Positions 30,005 to 39,213 of a DNA stretch of 64,000 nt are shown here, piece by piece. Position 1 is the stretch's first letter, and each line of letters begins with the position of its first letter. The stretch spans positions 211,089-275,088 of the forward strand of contig CAZNDZ010000002.1 in assembly GCA_964572155.1 (NCBI GenBank), given 5' to 3'. Made by a program: the position numbers and the translations under genes. The notes beneath the pieces were generated by a model, which made no database searches, was not told where the DNA came from, and saw nothing but the letters and a program-made list of their open reading frames with translations. This DNA comes from an uncultured Planctomycetales bacterium. GTDB lineage: Bacteria > Omnitrophota > Gorgyraeia > Zapsychrales > Fredricksoniimonadaceae.

Positions 30005-30349
30005 TTATGTGGCGTACTTCATGAGATATTTTTGCAGTGCGCTAATTACCACCTGATTTAATGATATTTTCTTTTCTTGTGCGTACATATAAACCAAGCG
30101 ATGCAACTCTTCACCAGTGCGAATATTAAAAGAACCTTTAAATGGCTTTTCAGGTATAATGTTTTTCTTCTTACACGTTTCTAAATAATCAATGACAGCC
30201 GTTTCAAAAGATTTTCTTAAAGAAGCAACATCATATCCTTCATAGCTAACTAAACCCTTAATCTGCTCCACCTTCCCATAAAAACATTTATCATCATCAC
30301 TATAATGAACAGAACCATAATATCCTTTATACTCCATCATGTCTTTCAT
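30005..30349 (-). CDS. hicB: HicB-family antitoxin
   Basis: 114 aa with N-terminal RNase-H-like HicB fold (YKGYYGSVHYSDDDKCFYGKVEQIKGLVSYEG) and C-terminal DNA-binding tail. Overlaps hicA by 4 bp. Confidence 0.75.
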   Translation of the reverse strand: MKDMMEYKGYYGSVHYSDDDKCFYGKVEQIKGLVSYEGYDVASLRKSFETAVIDYLETCKKKNIIPEKPFKGSFNIRTGEELHRLVYMYAQEKKISLNQVVISALQKYLMKYAT

Positions 30350-30591
30350 AAGAGATTTCCTTCATTTAGTATTTCTATAACTTGATCAATCTGATACATT
30401 TTTAATATTTTGCTTGGATGAGGCTCATGCAAAATAATTAAACCATATTTTTCATGCATGAATTTTCTTCTAGAACCATTACCGTAAAACTCCTCGTAAC
30501 CAAAATGCCTTAACAACCTACACACCTCTTCCCATTTGAAATCTTTTGGCCTGCTCTTAATCCTGTGAATTAATTTCTGTATTTGACTCAT
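30346..30591 (-). CDS. hicA: HicA-family mRNA interferase toxin
   Basis: 81-aa YcfA/HicA-like protein (FKWEEVCRLLRHFGYEE...HEPHPS). Confidence 0.75.
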   Translation of the reverse strand: MSQIQKLIHRIKSRPKDFKWEEVCRLLRHFGYEEFYGNGSRRKFMHEKYGLIILHEPHPSKILKMYQIDQVIEILNEGNLL

Positions 30592-30618
30592 TTATTAGTT
30601 TATCACATTTCTGTTATT

Positions 30619-30640
30619 TTGCAACTGTATATAGTTGCAA
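30619..30640. promoter_or_regulatory. palindromic operator candidate upstream of hicAB (TTGCAACT-n6-AGTTGCAA)
   Basis: Perfect 8-bp inverted repeat 28 bp upstream of the hicA start. Confidence 0.5.
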
Positions 30641-30647
30641 AAGCTAG

Positions 30648-31013
30648 TTATTTTAATCTAAAAAACGCATTCTTAATGTGTGTTATTTCTTTGGCCCTAT
30701 CCTTCATCAAAATTGAGACCACATCGAATCTGCTTAAGATGGCGACCGTGCCGTGTTTGTATTTCATGTACACTTGTGCTAGTTTGATCAGGCGTTTTTG
30801 TTTGTGGTAGGTGACGGATTCGAAGGGTTGGCCGTATTGTGTTGAGAAACGGGTTTTGACCTCCACAAACACGAGCACTCCTCCGTCTCGAGCAACTATG
30901 TCGATTTCACCTAATAAGCATCGAAAATTTTGTTCGATGATCTTAAATCCCTTTGAGTGCAAATATTCACACGCGGCTTGCTCGCCTATCTTTCCAAATG
31001 ATACATTGGTCAT
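30648..31013 (-). CDS. yraN: YraN-family (UPF0102) predicted PD-(D/E)xK endonuclease
   Basis: 121 aa (GEQAACEYLHSKGFKIIEQNFRCLLGEIDIVARDGGVLVFVEVKTR). Last gene of the long overlapping T4SS/pilus gene run. Confidence 0.75.
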   Translation of the reverse strand: MTNVSFGKIGEQAACEYLHSKGFKIIEQNFRCLLGEIDIVARDGGVLVFVEVKTRFSTQYGQPFESVTYHKQKRLIKLAQVYMKYKHGTVAILSRFDVVSILMKDRAKEITHIKNAFFRLK

Positions 31014-32131
31014 AAGCCTCCCATTGCTTTAAAACGTTCTTGGGCTTTGCTTTCTTCAAGTGTTCGAAGCTGCTCTTCTTTGGCTTGATTGAGCATGTGG
31101 TCAATCACAATGGCATAATCGCTTATATCTTTTAATTTATCTGTAAGGGAATCTTTTTCTTGTTGTAAATAGGTGATACCTTTTTGGATAATATTCTTGT
31201 AAGCATCTTCCAAGATGGGATGATCTTTATAGCGGTTGAGCCATTCTAATGCTTCATTATATTGGTCGATGGCTTGACTAATGGCACGTTGGGATGCAAT
31301 CGCTTGCACATGATTTAGACGATCAGCATCATTAAGCGTAAGTAAAAAAATGAAGTCTACAGATGTAAAAGGCCTATTAGGTTGGGACAAACTTTCTAAC
31401 AGATCCGTGGCTACTGTCTTTTGATGCTGATATGTTGAAAGCGCATTGTTAATTGTCGTGATATTCGTGTCTTTATATGCTTTTAAGACATGTCCAATCC
31501 TTTTGGATGGGCCGACTAAAAATATTGCCCCACTCTCAACTCGCCAAACAGGCAAGATGGATAGAATGTTTTCCTTCTTAGCGCCTCGAAGATTGAAAAG
31601 GTTAAATAACTTTTCAAAAAGATTTGGCGCATTTACATATTCAAAATCTTTAAAGGCGGCATTGGCTTGACAACTTTTTAATAAGCTGTCTAAATCGTTT
31701 TTATATGTTCCCCTAAAGAACTTCTCCTGAACACAATTATAGATAGCTTCTTTGCGTAGCATATTTAGATCGTGACGATTATTATCTTCCAAGTCTTTTA
31801 AACGATCGTACGTTGTATTAAAACGCAAATATGACAATGTTTGGAAATGTTTAAATACATCTGCCTCCGCTGGCGCGCCATATTCCCAAAGTAGTAAGTC
31901 AGAGGACTTTAAATTTTGACGATGCGTTGTTGCACTTAAATCATCGATGGATTTCTTAATTTCTAAATCTGGATCAATACTCCATGTCATCAAGGGCTTA
32001 ACGACAGATTTCTTATACGCATATGGATCACCTAATGCCGAGGTCAAATCATGATCTGTTTTATCGCTTTGAAATATATCTGCCATGGCATTGGATTGCA
32101 GGATCAGAATTAATAATATTACGTGCATCAT
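31010..32131 (-). CDS. secreted hypothetical protein in the T4SS/pilus cluster
   Basis: 373 aa with a signal peptide (MMHVILLILILQSNAMA). Translationally coupled on both sides. No family recognised. Confidence 0.45.
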   Translation of the reverse strand: MMHVILLILILQSNAMADIFQSDKTDHDLTSALGDPYAYKKSVVKPLMTWSIDPDLEIKKSIDDLSATTHRQNLKSSDLLLWEYGAPAEADVFKHFQTLSYLRFNTTYDRLKDLEDNNRHDLNMLRKEAIYNCVQEKFFRGTYKNDLDSLLKSCQANAAFKDFEYVNAPNLFEKLFNLFNLRGAKKENILSILPVWRVESGAIFLVGPSKRIGHVLKAYKDTNITTINNALSTYQHQKTVATDLLESLSQPNRPFTSVDFIFLLTLNDADRLNHVQAIASQRAISQAIDQYNEALEWLNRYKDHPILEDAYKNIIQKGITYLQQEKDSLTDKLKDISDYAIVIDHMLNQAKEEQLRTLEESKAQERFKAMGGL

Positions 32132-32445
32132 TTAGTTGGAGCCTCAATTAACCTTGTAACGGCTTCTTGAGCTTTTTTAAGTTGATCCATCTTCTTTTGT
32201 TGCCAATCTAAGTACGCTTGTGCATTTGCTAGACTTGGGTCGTTAAGCAGATTGATCACGACTTGAGGTGTTGTTTTTGGCCAATCTAAAATATGCTCTT
32301 TTTTCTTAAATGGTTTCTTTTTATCGACCTGAAAATATTCAACGGGTTCCAGCTTAAAGAAACTATTTGCCAATAGCGTCGAAGGCAACAGCATCACCAA
32401 AAATATTACAGCGATGTTGGGTCGGGAATTGCGGTTTTGCAGCAT
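32128..32445 (-). CDS. small secreted hypothetical protein in the cluster
   Basis: 105 aa with a signal peptide. Overlaps both neighbours. Confidence 0.4.
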   Translation of the reverse strand: MLQNRNSRPNIAVIFLVMLLPSTLLANSFFKLEPVEYFQVDKKKPFKKKEHILDWPKTTPQVVINLLNDPSLANAQAYLDWQQKKMDQLKKAQEAVTRLIEAPTK

Positions 32446-33110
32446 TCTCTAAACCTCCAATAAACCCACAGATACTTTCCGGCAGGATCAACATGATCAT
32501 TTTCCCATAAACGAGCATCTGTGCCTGGAGCCATGCACATAAGCTTATTTGGCTCTAACATTTGCACTTTATCACGGACTGGATCAACAACAAAACCCGC
32601 GGCACTGATCCCTCTCAAGGAAATCAATGCAGATGAAACCCCTGGGCTATAATGGTTGATAAATCCTGTCCTTGGATAAAGCGGCCCCCAGTTACCAATA
32701 AAATATGACGCATTATTTACGGTTGCTCTGCGCCAATGTTCTTGATTAAACTCCGATAAATACCTTATGCCCATTGTTGTGCTTAATAGCGATGAACATA
32801 AAACAGCTTGTTGTATTTGTTTCAACGGGAAATCATAGACATGCACTTCATTAAAACGTAGGTTTCCTCCGTTTAAAGCGCCTAAACTAGATTTGCTTGC
32901 GATCGTACTCATGATAAAAGTTGGCTCATAATATGAGATTCTAATGCCTGGAACATCACCAACCATGCAGGGACCGTATTGTTTTAATTGGGTGCACTGC
33001 ATATCGATCTTGGTAATCGCATGACCAATGCGCGCCACCTCACCTTGAATATCCGTAACAGCAGCGAATGCGTTTGATCCGAACAACATGAGAAAAAGAA
33101 TATGGATCAT
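32406..33110 (-). CDS. periplasmic Cys-containing protein, candidate short TraU-like F-type T4SS component
   Basis: Signal peptide. Several blocks resemble F-plasmid TraU as recalled from memory (ISYYEPTFIM ~ IGYWEPMAL; IRYLSEFNQEHW ~ IAYLSEIDPTW; conserved Cys). 234 aa, versus about 330 aa for TraU. Confidence 0.35.
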   Translation of the reverse strand: MIHILFLMLFGSNAFAAVTDIQGEVARIGHAITKIDMQCTQLKQYGPCMVGDVPGIRISYYEPTFIMSTIASKSSLGALNGGNLRFNEVHVYDFPLKQIQQAVLCSSLLSTTMGIRYLSEFNQEHWRRATVNNASYFIGNWGPLYPRTGFINHYSPGVSSALISLRGISAAGFVVDPVRDKVQMLEPNKLMCMAPGTDARLWENDHVDPAGKYLWVYWRFRECCKTAIPDPTSL

Positions 33111-33988
33111 ATTTTCATAATAAAAGCCAAGGCATAAAACGGCGGAACATTATAATCTGCTGCAACGGTATGTGTATGCCCTTGCCCCCCTCCCGTCCTT
33201 CCCGTTCGCGGGATAGGACTAAACATGCTGGCATGACCGCCTGGATTACTTCCGTACAATCCTTTATTGCTAATTAAATCAATTGAAACATTTGGATTCT
33301 CCTCGTGATCATGTGAAGGTATTTCAGAAATTGTTAAAACATGACTTCCCGTTAAGCCCGTATGATCATGACTGACACTGCCACCAGTTTGATTTAAAGC
33401 CCCCATGATATTTGTTTTAGCAAAACCTTGGTCATCTTGCCTAGCACCTACTATAAACTTATCTCTTAAATCCGGCGTACCATTATTGCCGTCGCATAAG
33501 ATCCACCCAATGGGTATATCTGCAATAGTGCCTGACCAAGCAGCAATCACACCAGCGGCGATGATATTACGATCACTAACGCCAATCATGCTGCTGATGC
33601 TACTTCCCTCAGATGACGCTTGAGACAAACGTGCCATCAACATTCCTGTCAGATTCACTGGAACTTGAGTTGTGACCGTCATGGTTTTTGATGCAAATGA
33701 TGCCTGATATGCATGATTCCAAGGATTCCTTAATGACCATAAGGGGCTTAAATAGCCCTCTGTTTGTAATTGCTCCAAATCATTAGGCCACCGACGATTG
33801 TCAGTATAATATTTCTGAGCGGCTGTTTGGATGATCCCAACCTCAGTAATGGTTTTCTCGCCGGCTTTTATTTCAATAGCCCGCACCGCCATAGGCATCA
33901 ACGCAGATGTGAGCAATGCGATGATACCCATGGCTACGGCTAATTCAATTAAACTGAATGCTTTTTTATTTAGAATGTGACGGTCCAT
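33107..33988 (-). CDS. prepilin-type minor pilin fused to a C-terminal phage tail-collar domain (putative adhesin pilin)
   Basis: Class III signal (KKA|FSLIELAVAMGII, Glu at +5). GspG-like PWNHAY motif. C-terminal tail-collar-like sequence (GWILCDGNNGTPDLRDKFIVG...SHDHTGLTGSHVLTISEIPSHDH...PPFYALAFIMKI). Confidence 0.7.
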   Translation of the reverse strand: MDRHILNKKAFSLIELAVAMGIIALLTSALMPMAVRAIEIKAGEKTITEVGIIQTAAQKYYTDNRRWPNDLEQLQTEGYLSPLWSLRNPWNHAYQASFASKTMTVTTQVPVNLTGMLMARLSQASSEGSSISSMIGVSDRNIIAAGVIAAWSGTIADIPIGWILCDGNNGTPDLRDKFIVGARQDDQGFAKTNIMGALNQTGGSVSHDHTGLTGSHVLTISEIPSHDHEENPNVSIDLISNKGLYGSNPGGHASMFSPIPRTGRTGGGQGHTHTVAADYNVPPFYALAFIMKI

Positions 33989-34419
33989 GTTGAACTTGTA
34001 TCGTCATAGGCAACCTTAGTTGCGCTATTGTTAAAATAATTGGTTAATTTATCCGCCTCAGTTTTTGCCAAACTACTCAAGGAAATATCAAATCGCGTTT
34101 TATCTGCCGTATTGGCCACCACGTTATAATCCCCTCCCCACGGATTCGTCTTACTAGCAACAAAACCATCCGGCAATACTTTCGCGGTCTTAAGAACATC
34201 AACGCTCATGCCAGCATAATTGATATTACCCGACGCTAAATAACTCTCCGCCGCTGTCCTTAAAGTTTGAACACTATTTGCCGCTGACTGAACGCGGGCA
34301 TTGTCTCTTAAACCTGATGATACTGAAATACTTAAAATGAGCACTGTTAACACAGCCAGTCCTATGGCTAGTTCTACTAAAGAAAAACCTTCTTGTGATG
34401 CGATGCTTCTTCTTTTCAT
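33970..34419 (-). CDS. prepilin-type major (pseudo)pilin, GspG-like
   Basis: Leader MKRRSIASQEG|FSLVELAIGLAVL (G-1, F+1, E+5). GspG-like NPWGGDY motif. 149 aa. Confidence 0.75.
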   Translation of the reverse strand: MKRRSIASQEGFSLVELAIGLAVLTVLILSISVSSGLRDNARVQSAANSVQTLRTAAESYLASGNINYAGMSVDVLKTAKVLPDGFVASKTNPWGGDYNVVANTADKTRFDISLSSLAKTEADKLTNYFNNSATKVAYDDTSSTWTVTF

Positions 34420-34433
34420 TTTCCTCTCCTTTT

Positions 34434-35630
34434 TTACCCCCCCGCGATCTGTGTCAAACTCCCATACACAGGAATTAAGAACGCGAAGGCAATGATGATT
34501 AAAAACACTCCACCCAACAGCAATAATGCTGGTTGAATGAGCATGACCATTTGATCGACGCGGTCATGTACGCGCTTATTAAAATATCCTGATAGGTTTG
34601 AAACATATTCCGGTAGTCGTGTCATTTCTTCTCCACGACGAATAGTAAATATCACAACAGAGGAAAAAATCGGATCTGTTTTGAGAGCTTCCCATAACGG
34701 CATACCTCCAAACAAATAATCGCGACATTGATAAACATGACGGCTAATGATGCTCACATTTAACGCGTTTAAATCATTGATGCATTTGATCAATGGCACT
34801 CCGTTGCGCAATAAAATTGATAGATTTAGAAAATAAAACGCTAAGTCTGTTTCTTTCTTGATGCGGCCCATCAATGGGATGCGATATATCACCATGTCAT
34901 AAATACGCTGATTTTTTCTTAATACGAAAATGCCTACAGTCAATAGAATCACCGGAATAACGAGCAATAAAATAAAATGTTTTTGTAAGCATACACTCAT
35001 GGCAATCACAATGCTGGCCGTCCCTTTAAGGCGTGCAGTATCTGGTAATAATTGTTTTAATTTCGGAATAACGTTTAGACCCACATACATCATCACGCTT
35101 ATTAATAAACAAAATACGATCGATGGGTATGTCAAAGCTTCGTGTAATTTATGACGGATCTCTGCTTGCCTTTTAAAATACTGCGCTAAAAGTTGATACG
35201 ACGCTTCTAACTTTCCACTCTGTTCGCCGCTTTTGATGGTCAAAATAACGATCCATGGAAAAGTATTGGTTTTTCTAAAAGCATCCGCCAGACTTAAACC
35301 CTCCTCAATCTTATCTCTTAAAACATCAATAACATGAGCTAAAGTTACATCTTGAGTAGAATCCCTCAGTGACAGCAACATCTGCGTTAAACTTAATCCT
35401 GTTTGCTGCATATTGCTTAAATCTTCAAAAAATGCCGTTAAGGTCTTTACGGATAACCGTTTCATCTGATAAAACTTTTCGAAAAATAAGACGAAATCCG
35501 GCTGTAAATCGATCAACTCCAATTGATGCACCTTTATGTATGCCATTATTTCTTGTTTGGTTGCTGATAACGAACCACGGACATCTTGACCTTGAGCATT
35601 TAATGCCTGATATTTCCAATGTTTGATCAT
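34434..35630 (-). CDS. GspF/PilC-family inner-membrane platform protein
   Basis: 398 aa with two cytoplasmic repeats and 3 TM helices, typical of the T2SSF family. Overlaps the ATPase gene by 4 bp. Confidence 0.75.
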   Translation of the reverse strand: MIKHWKYQALNAQGQDVRGSLSATKQEIMAYIKVHQLELIDLQPDFVLFFEKFYQMKRLSVKTLTAFFEDLSNMQQTGLSLTQMLLSLRDSTQDVTLAHVIDVLRDKIEEGLSLADAFRKTNTFPWIVILTIKSGEQSGKLEASYQLLAQYFKRQAEIRHKLHEALTYPSIVFCLLISVMMYVGLNVIPKLKQLLPDTARLKGTASIVIAMSVCLQKHFILLLVIPVILLTVGIFVLRKNQRIYDMVIYRIPLMGRIKKETDLAFYFLNLSILLRNGVPLIKCINDLNALNVSIISRHVYQCRDYLFGGMPLWEALKTDPIFSSVVIFTIRRGEEMTRLPEYVSNLSGYFNKRVHDRVDQMVMLIQPALLLLGGVFLIIIAFAFLIPVYGSLTQIAGG

Positions 35631-37165
35631 CCAAGCACCCGCCTTGCTTCGTCAGGGGTTGTTTTACCCTCTTTGATCATCTGCAAAACCTGCGTCTCCA
35701 TCGATGTGGCAACACCCTGTGTTTTCAAATACGCTTTTAAACCGGCCATATTCTGCGCTAATAGTAATTCCTCGATGGTGTCATCACAATCAATGATCGA
35801 TGCCACAACACTACGCCCCTTAAACCCACCCAAACAATACTTACAACCTTTTGTACAATGCGGACATACCAACCGCACCAAGCGCTGTGTGATCACCATA
35901 GAAATATTGGATGCCATATAGGCAAATGGCACACCTAAATCATGAAGCCTTAAAAATGCATCTATGCCTTGCTTAGCGTGCAGAGTGGCAAAAACTTTAT
36001 GACCTGTCATGGACGCGCGTATGGCTTCTTGCGCAGTTTGGGCATCGCGAATTTCACCAATGAGAATGATGTTGGGATCATGGCGTAAGAAAGCACGAAC
36101 GGAATTGCCAAAATTAATATCTCTTTTATCATTGGTTTGTACTTGCGTGATTAAGGCATGATGCATTTCAACGGGATCTTCAATGGTCAGAATCTTGCGC
36201 TCAATGCTTTTCATGAAATTTAACATGGCATACAGCGTCGTGGTCTTCCCACATCCTGTAGGCCCAACAATCAATACCATCCCTTCTGGCTTCTTTAATT
36301 TCTGTTCGATCGTATACCACTGCTCTGATGTATATCCCAAAGACACCAAAGGGATTGAAGCCTTCTGCTTATCTAAAAGCCGCAAGACCAGTGAACTTCC
36401 CTGCACACAGGGAATATGTGATACACGGACATCCACCACGGCATGATGATGCGTATATGTGAAACGCGCGTCATGAAATTTGCCAAAATCACTGATCGTA
36501 ACATCCGCTTTATGAAAGATGATATTGACCAACCGTTTTTGTAAGTCTAACTTTAAGGTCTGATAAAAATGCAAGATCCCATCAATGCGAAAACGTACTT
36601 CGACAGCTTTTAAGGACGGCTCTATATGAATATCCGTAGCCCCTTTCGAGAGCGCGTCATTAAAACATTGCTCTACCCACTGTGGTAGATCATCCCCTCG
36701 TGTATCATCATGTGATTTCCATACCTCATCATTATTACTTAAATCTTCTATGGCTTTACGCAACGCCGCCTCAGGCGCTAACATAAATTGTGCTTTGGTA
36801 TTGATCTTGGCTTCAATGGCATCGGTGGTTGCCATGTCGTCACTAAAAGCCATGATAAAAACAATGCCCTCATGCGCCTTGGCAGGAAAAATCATATGCT
36901 TCACCATGAAATCAACGCCTAACAATTTAACCATTTCTTGCGCGGCTTCATATCGCCCCTCATAGACACCCCATCCAACTTGTTTGGCTAAGGCATGCAC
37001 AATTTGATCGTCGCTGATAAAGTCATAATCCTTTAACACTTTCCCGATGCGTTCATGCCCATTATTCTTCTGAACGGATAAACAAAAATTTAACGCCTTA
37101 TCATTGATTAATCCTTGTTCTTTTAGAATATGACCAATGCGTTGATTGTGCATTTTACCTCCCAA
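35627..37165 (-). CDS. GspE/PilB-family secretion ATPase with N-terminal MshEN/GSPII_E_N domain
   Basis: Walker A (GPTGCGKTTTLYAML), Asp/His boxes, tetracysteine motif (CPHC...C..C). N-terminal IGHILKEQGLINDKAL domain. Confidence 0.85.
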   Translation of the reverse strand: MGGKMHNQRIGHILKEQGLINDKALNFCLSVQKNNGHERIGKVLKDYDFISDDQIVHALAKQVGWGVYEGRYEAAQEMVKLLGVDFMVKHMIFPAKAHEGIVFIMAFSDDMATTDAIEAKINTKAQFMLAPEAALRKAIEDLSNNDEVWKSHDDTRGDDLPQWVEQCFNDALSKGATDIHIEPSLKAVEVRFRIDGILHFYQTLKLDLQKRLVNIIFHKADVTISDFGKFHDARFTYTHHHAVVDVRVSHIPCVQGSSLVLRLLDKQKASIPLVSLGYTSEQWYTIEQKLKKPEGMVLIVGPTGCGKTTTLYAMLNFMKSIERKILTIEDPVEMHHALITQVQTNDKRDINFGNSVRAFLRHDPNIILIGEIRDAQTAQEAIRASMTGHKVFATLHAKQGIDAFLRLHDLGVPFAYMASNISMVITQRLVRLVCPHCTKGCKYCLGGFKGRSVVASIIDCDDTIEELLLAQNMAGLKAYLKTQGVATSMETQVLQMIKEGKTTPDEARRVLG

Positions 37166-37682
37166 TCATGATGATCTTTTCTTGACCTTGTTCATCTGTG
37201 ATAACCATTCTGTCGTCGGAAATACTCTTGACCTTATAGGCGCTATCAATAAACTGCCCTATTTTGAAATACGTCACACTGCCATTTATTAGCACAATCG
37301 CCTGTTTTTCAGCACCTAATTGAACAATGCCATTTAATTTGATGGGATCTGACGCAACGTCCTTTATGTTCACTTCAGAGCTTTGTTCATACTTAGAGAG
37401 TTTTGATTGAATTTCTTTTTGCTTCAATTGCAAATCCGCACGCATTACATCCAGATCCAATAATTTTATTTCTCGTAATCGCTCATTTTCTTGATTAATA
37501 AATGCACGCATCGGATCCTCAGGTTTTTTCTCAGGAACAACGCTTTCAACAGTCTTAATAGAGTTACTTTCTTCTACTGTCTTGTCAGGATCTTGATCCA
37601 ACATAGATATTTCTTTGGCATGTATCTGAATCTGCCAAATTAAGAAGATACTGACGAAACAACAACATTTCTTAAACCCCAT
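37155..37682 (-). CDS. PilP/GspC-like bitopic protein (secretin-interacting HR-like beta domain)
   Basis: N-terminal TM, coiled coil, C-terminal domain (IKLNGIVQLGAEKQAIVLINGSVTYFKIGQFID...KVKSISDDRMVITD) resembling PilP/GspC HR domains. Confidence 0.5.
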   Translation of the reverse strand: MGFKKCCCFVSIFLIWQIQIHAKEISMLDQDPDKTVEESNSIKTVESVVPEKKPEDPMRAFINQENERLREIKLLDLDVMRADLQLKQKEIQSKLSKYEQSSEVNIKDVASDPIKLNGIVQLGAEKQAIVLINGSVTYFKIGQFIDSAYKVKSISDDRMVITDEQGQEKIIMIGR

Positions 37683-39213
37683 AAACCCCTCCTATGATTT
37701 GACATAACGCATTTTTACATTCAATCGATGTAATACGGATTGGATAAAACTCTTGCCATGAATTCATCAAGTCTAAAATGCGAACTCGTTCTGACGTAGA
37801 TGACACCTGATAAAACGAAAGTTTAAACTTGATGGCATTCATACCTAAATATACTGGATCATTCGTAACTATGTCGACGATCTCTAAATTCACTTTTAAC
37901 CCATAGGTGCTCGCATCATGTTTCAATCGACTCATAAAAGCGGCATAATTCAAGGAGGATTTCAAAACAACGTCATCTTTTAATAGCATTAATACGTTAA
38001 TCATTGTTTGTATATCTTTAGACCCATCATTTTTTGTAAGGGCCAATCGCAAGCGTTGACCTAGTTGATCATTAACCTTCTCATTTGTCACAATAGCGTC
38101 TTGCCATATGTCATGGAGCATCAAATCTCCTTGATACTCATAGACATTGGGAAGTATCATGGCGTTTAAATCCCATGCTCCATCTGTAACGTGATTAAGA
38201 TTAAATTCTTTTACCTCAAACCCGTAAGGCAAACGTTGGATGAGATCAAGATAAATGTCCTCGGCATTCTTATAAGATATGGATTTTAAGTACGCGCTTA
38301 ATTTTGTTTTGTACGCTAGAGCAAGGGCTTGTTTTATTTGCTGCTCCTTTTGTTGATGAAAAGCTTGAGCAGCCTTGGCTTGATGATCCAAATACATGCC
38401 AGTGCCCCATATACCACCACATGTAAAGATACCCCCCATCAAAATACCCAGATACGTGAGCCGTTGAGTAAACAGGGCATGTCGTTTTTTTCTAGCTAAA
38501 TCTTTAGGCAGGATAAAACTATGAGGAAATTTTGCGGTTTTTAATCCTTCAAGAACAGGATACGCAACATCTAAGTGCAAAACCTCATCTTGACTGACTA
38601 ATTTGAGTTTAATCAATGCGCTTAACCACTCTTTATTATTGCAAATAAGCACATAGCCCATGTCTTTGTCACTGCCTGCACTATAAACGCTCCAAGTTCT
38701 CTTAATCTCATGAGCCATATACTCCATATCGCGCATGGCAATGTGACGGGCATCGCTGAATTTAGAACCGCTAAAAATTGTCACAATGGCCATTGTTTTG
38801 ATATCATCAACAACAATCACTGCCTTCGTATCATTAAGCAAATCTTTAGATCTTAAGAAAGCGCGTAAAGCCACTTGATAAGGGACAAGCGCGCTCGGCG
38901 TAATGGGCTTGAAATATTCATAGATTTCTTCAATCTTAGATTTATTAACAGCCATCAACTGCACGACATTGGCAGATAACCACTCCTGTAAAACGAGATA
39001 CTCATCATTAAAAACCTGCGACATCAATGTTGTTTTTTGAGGCATCATGCTTGGTTCAATGGTCAACTGTTTTACTTGAACATGCAGACAAGCTACAGTT
39101 GCTTGCTTAAACGTGGATTTATAATTTCTGATAAATTCATCTTTTCCATAAGAACCAACATTCCCGTTAACCTCAAGGAATAACCATTCATCAAATAAGG
39201 CGTGCAACATCAT
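37672..39213 (-). CDS. GspL-like / PilM-PilN-fusion-like assembly protein (cytoplasmic actin-like domain, TM, periplasmic domain)
   Basis: 513 aa with a single TM near residue 265 (LTYLGILMGGIFTCGGIW), a roughly 250-aa cytoplasmic N-domain and a roughly 230-aa periplasmic C-domain. Positioned between the secretin and ATPase genes. Confidence 0.4.
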   Translation of the reverse strand: MMLHALFDEWLFLEVNGNVGSYGKDEFIRNYKSTFKQATVACLHVQVKQLTIEPSMMPQKTTLMSQVFNDEYLVLQEWLSANVVQLMAVNKSKIEEIYEYFKPITPSALVPYQVALRAFLRSKDLLNDTKAVIVVDDIKTMAIVTIFSGSKFSDARHIAMRDMEYMAHEIKRTWSVYSAGSDKDMGYVLICNNKEWLSALIKLKLVSQDEVLHLDVAYPVLEGLKTAKFPHSFILPKDLARKKRHALFTQRLTYLGILMGGIFTCGGIWGTGMYLDHQAKAAQAFHQQKEQQIKQALALAYKTKLSAYLKSISYKNAEDIYLDLIQRLPYGFEVKEFNLNHVTDGAWDLNAMILPNVYEYQGDLMLHDIWQDAIVTNEKVNDQLGQRLRLALTKNDGSKDIQTMINVLMLLKDDVVLKSSLNYAAFMSRLKHDASTYGLKVNLEIVDIVTNDPVYLGMNAIKFKLSFYQVSSTSERVRILDLMNSWQEFYPIRITSIECKNALCQIIGGVYGV

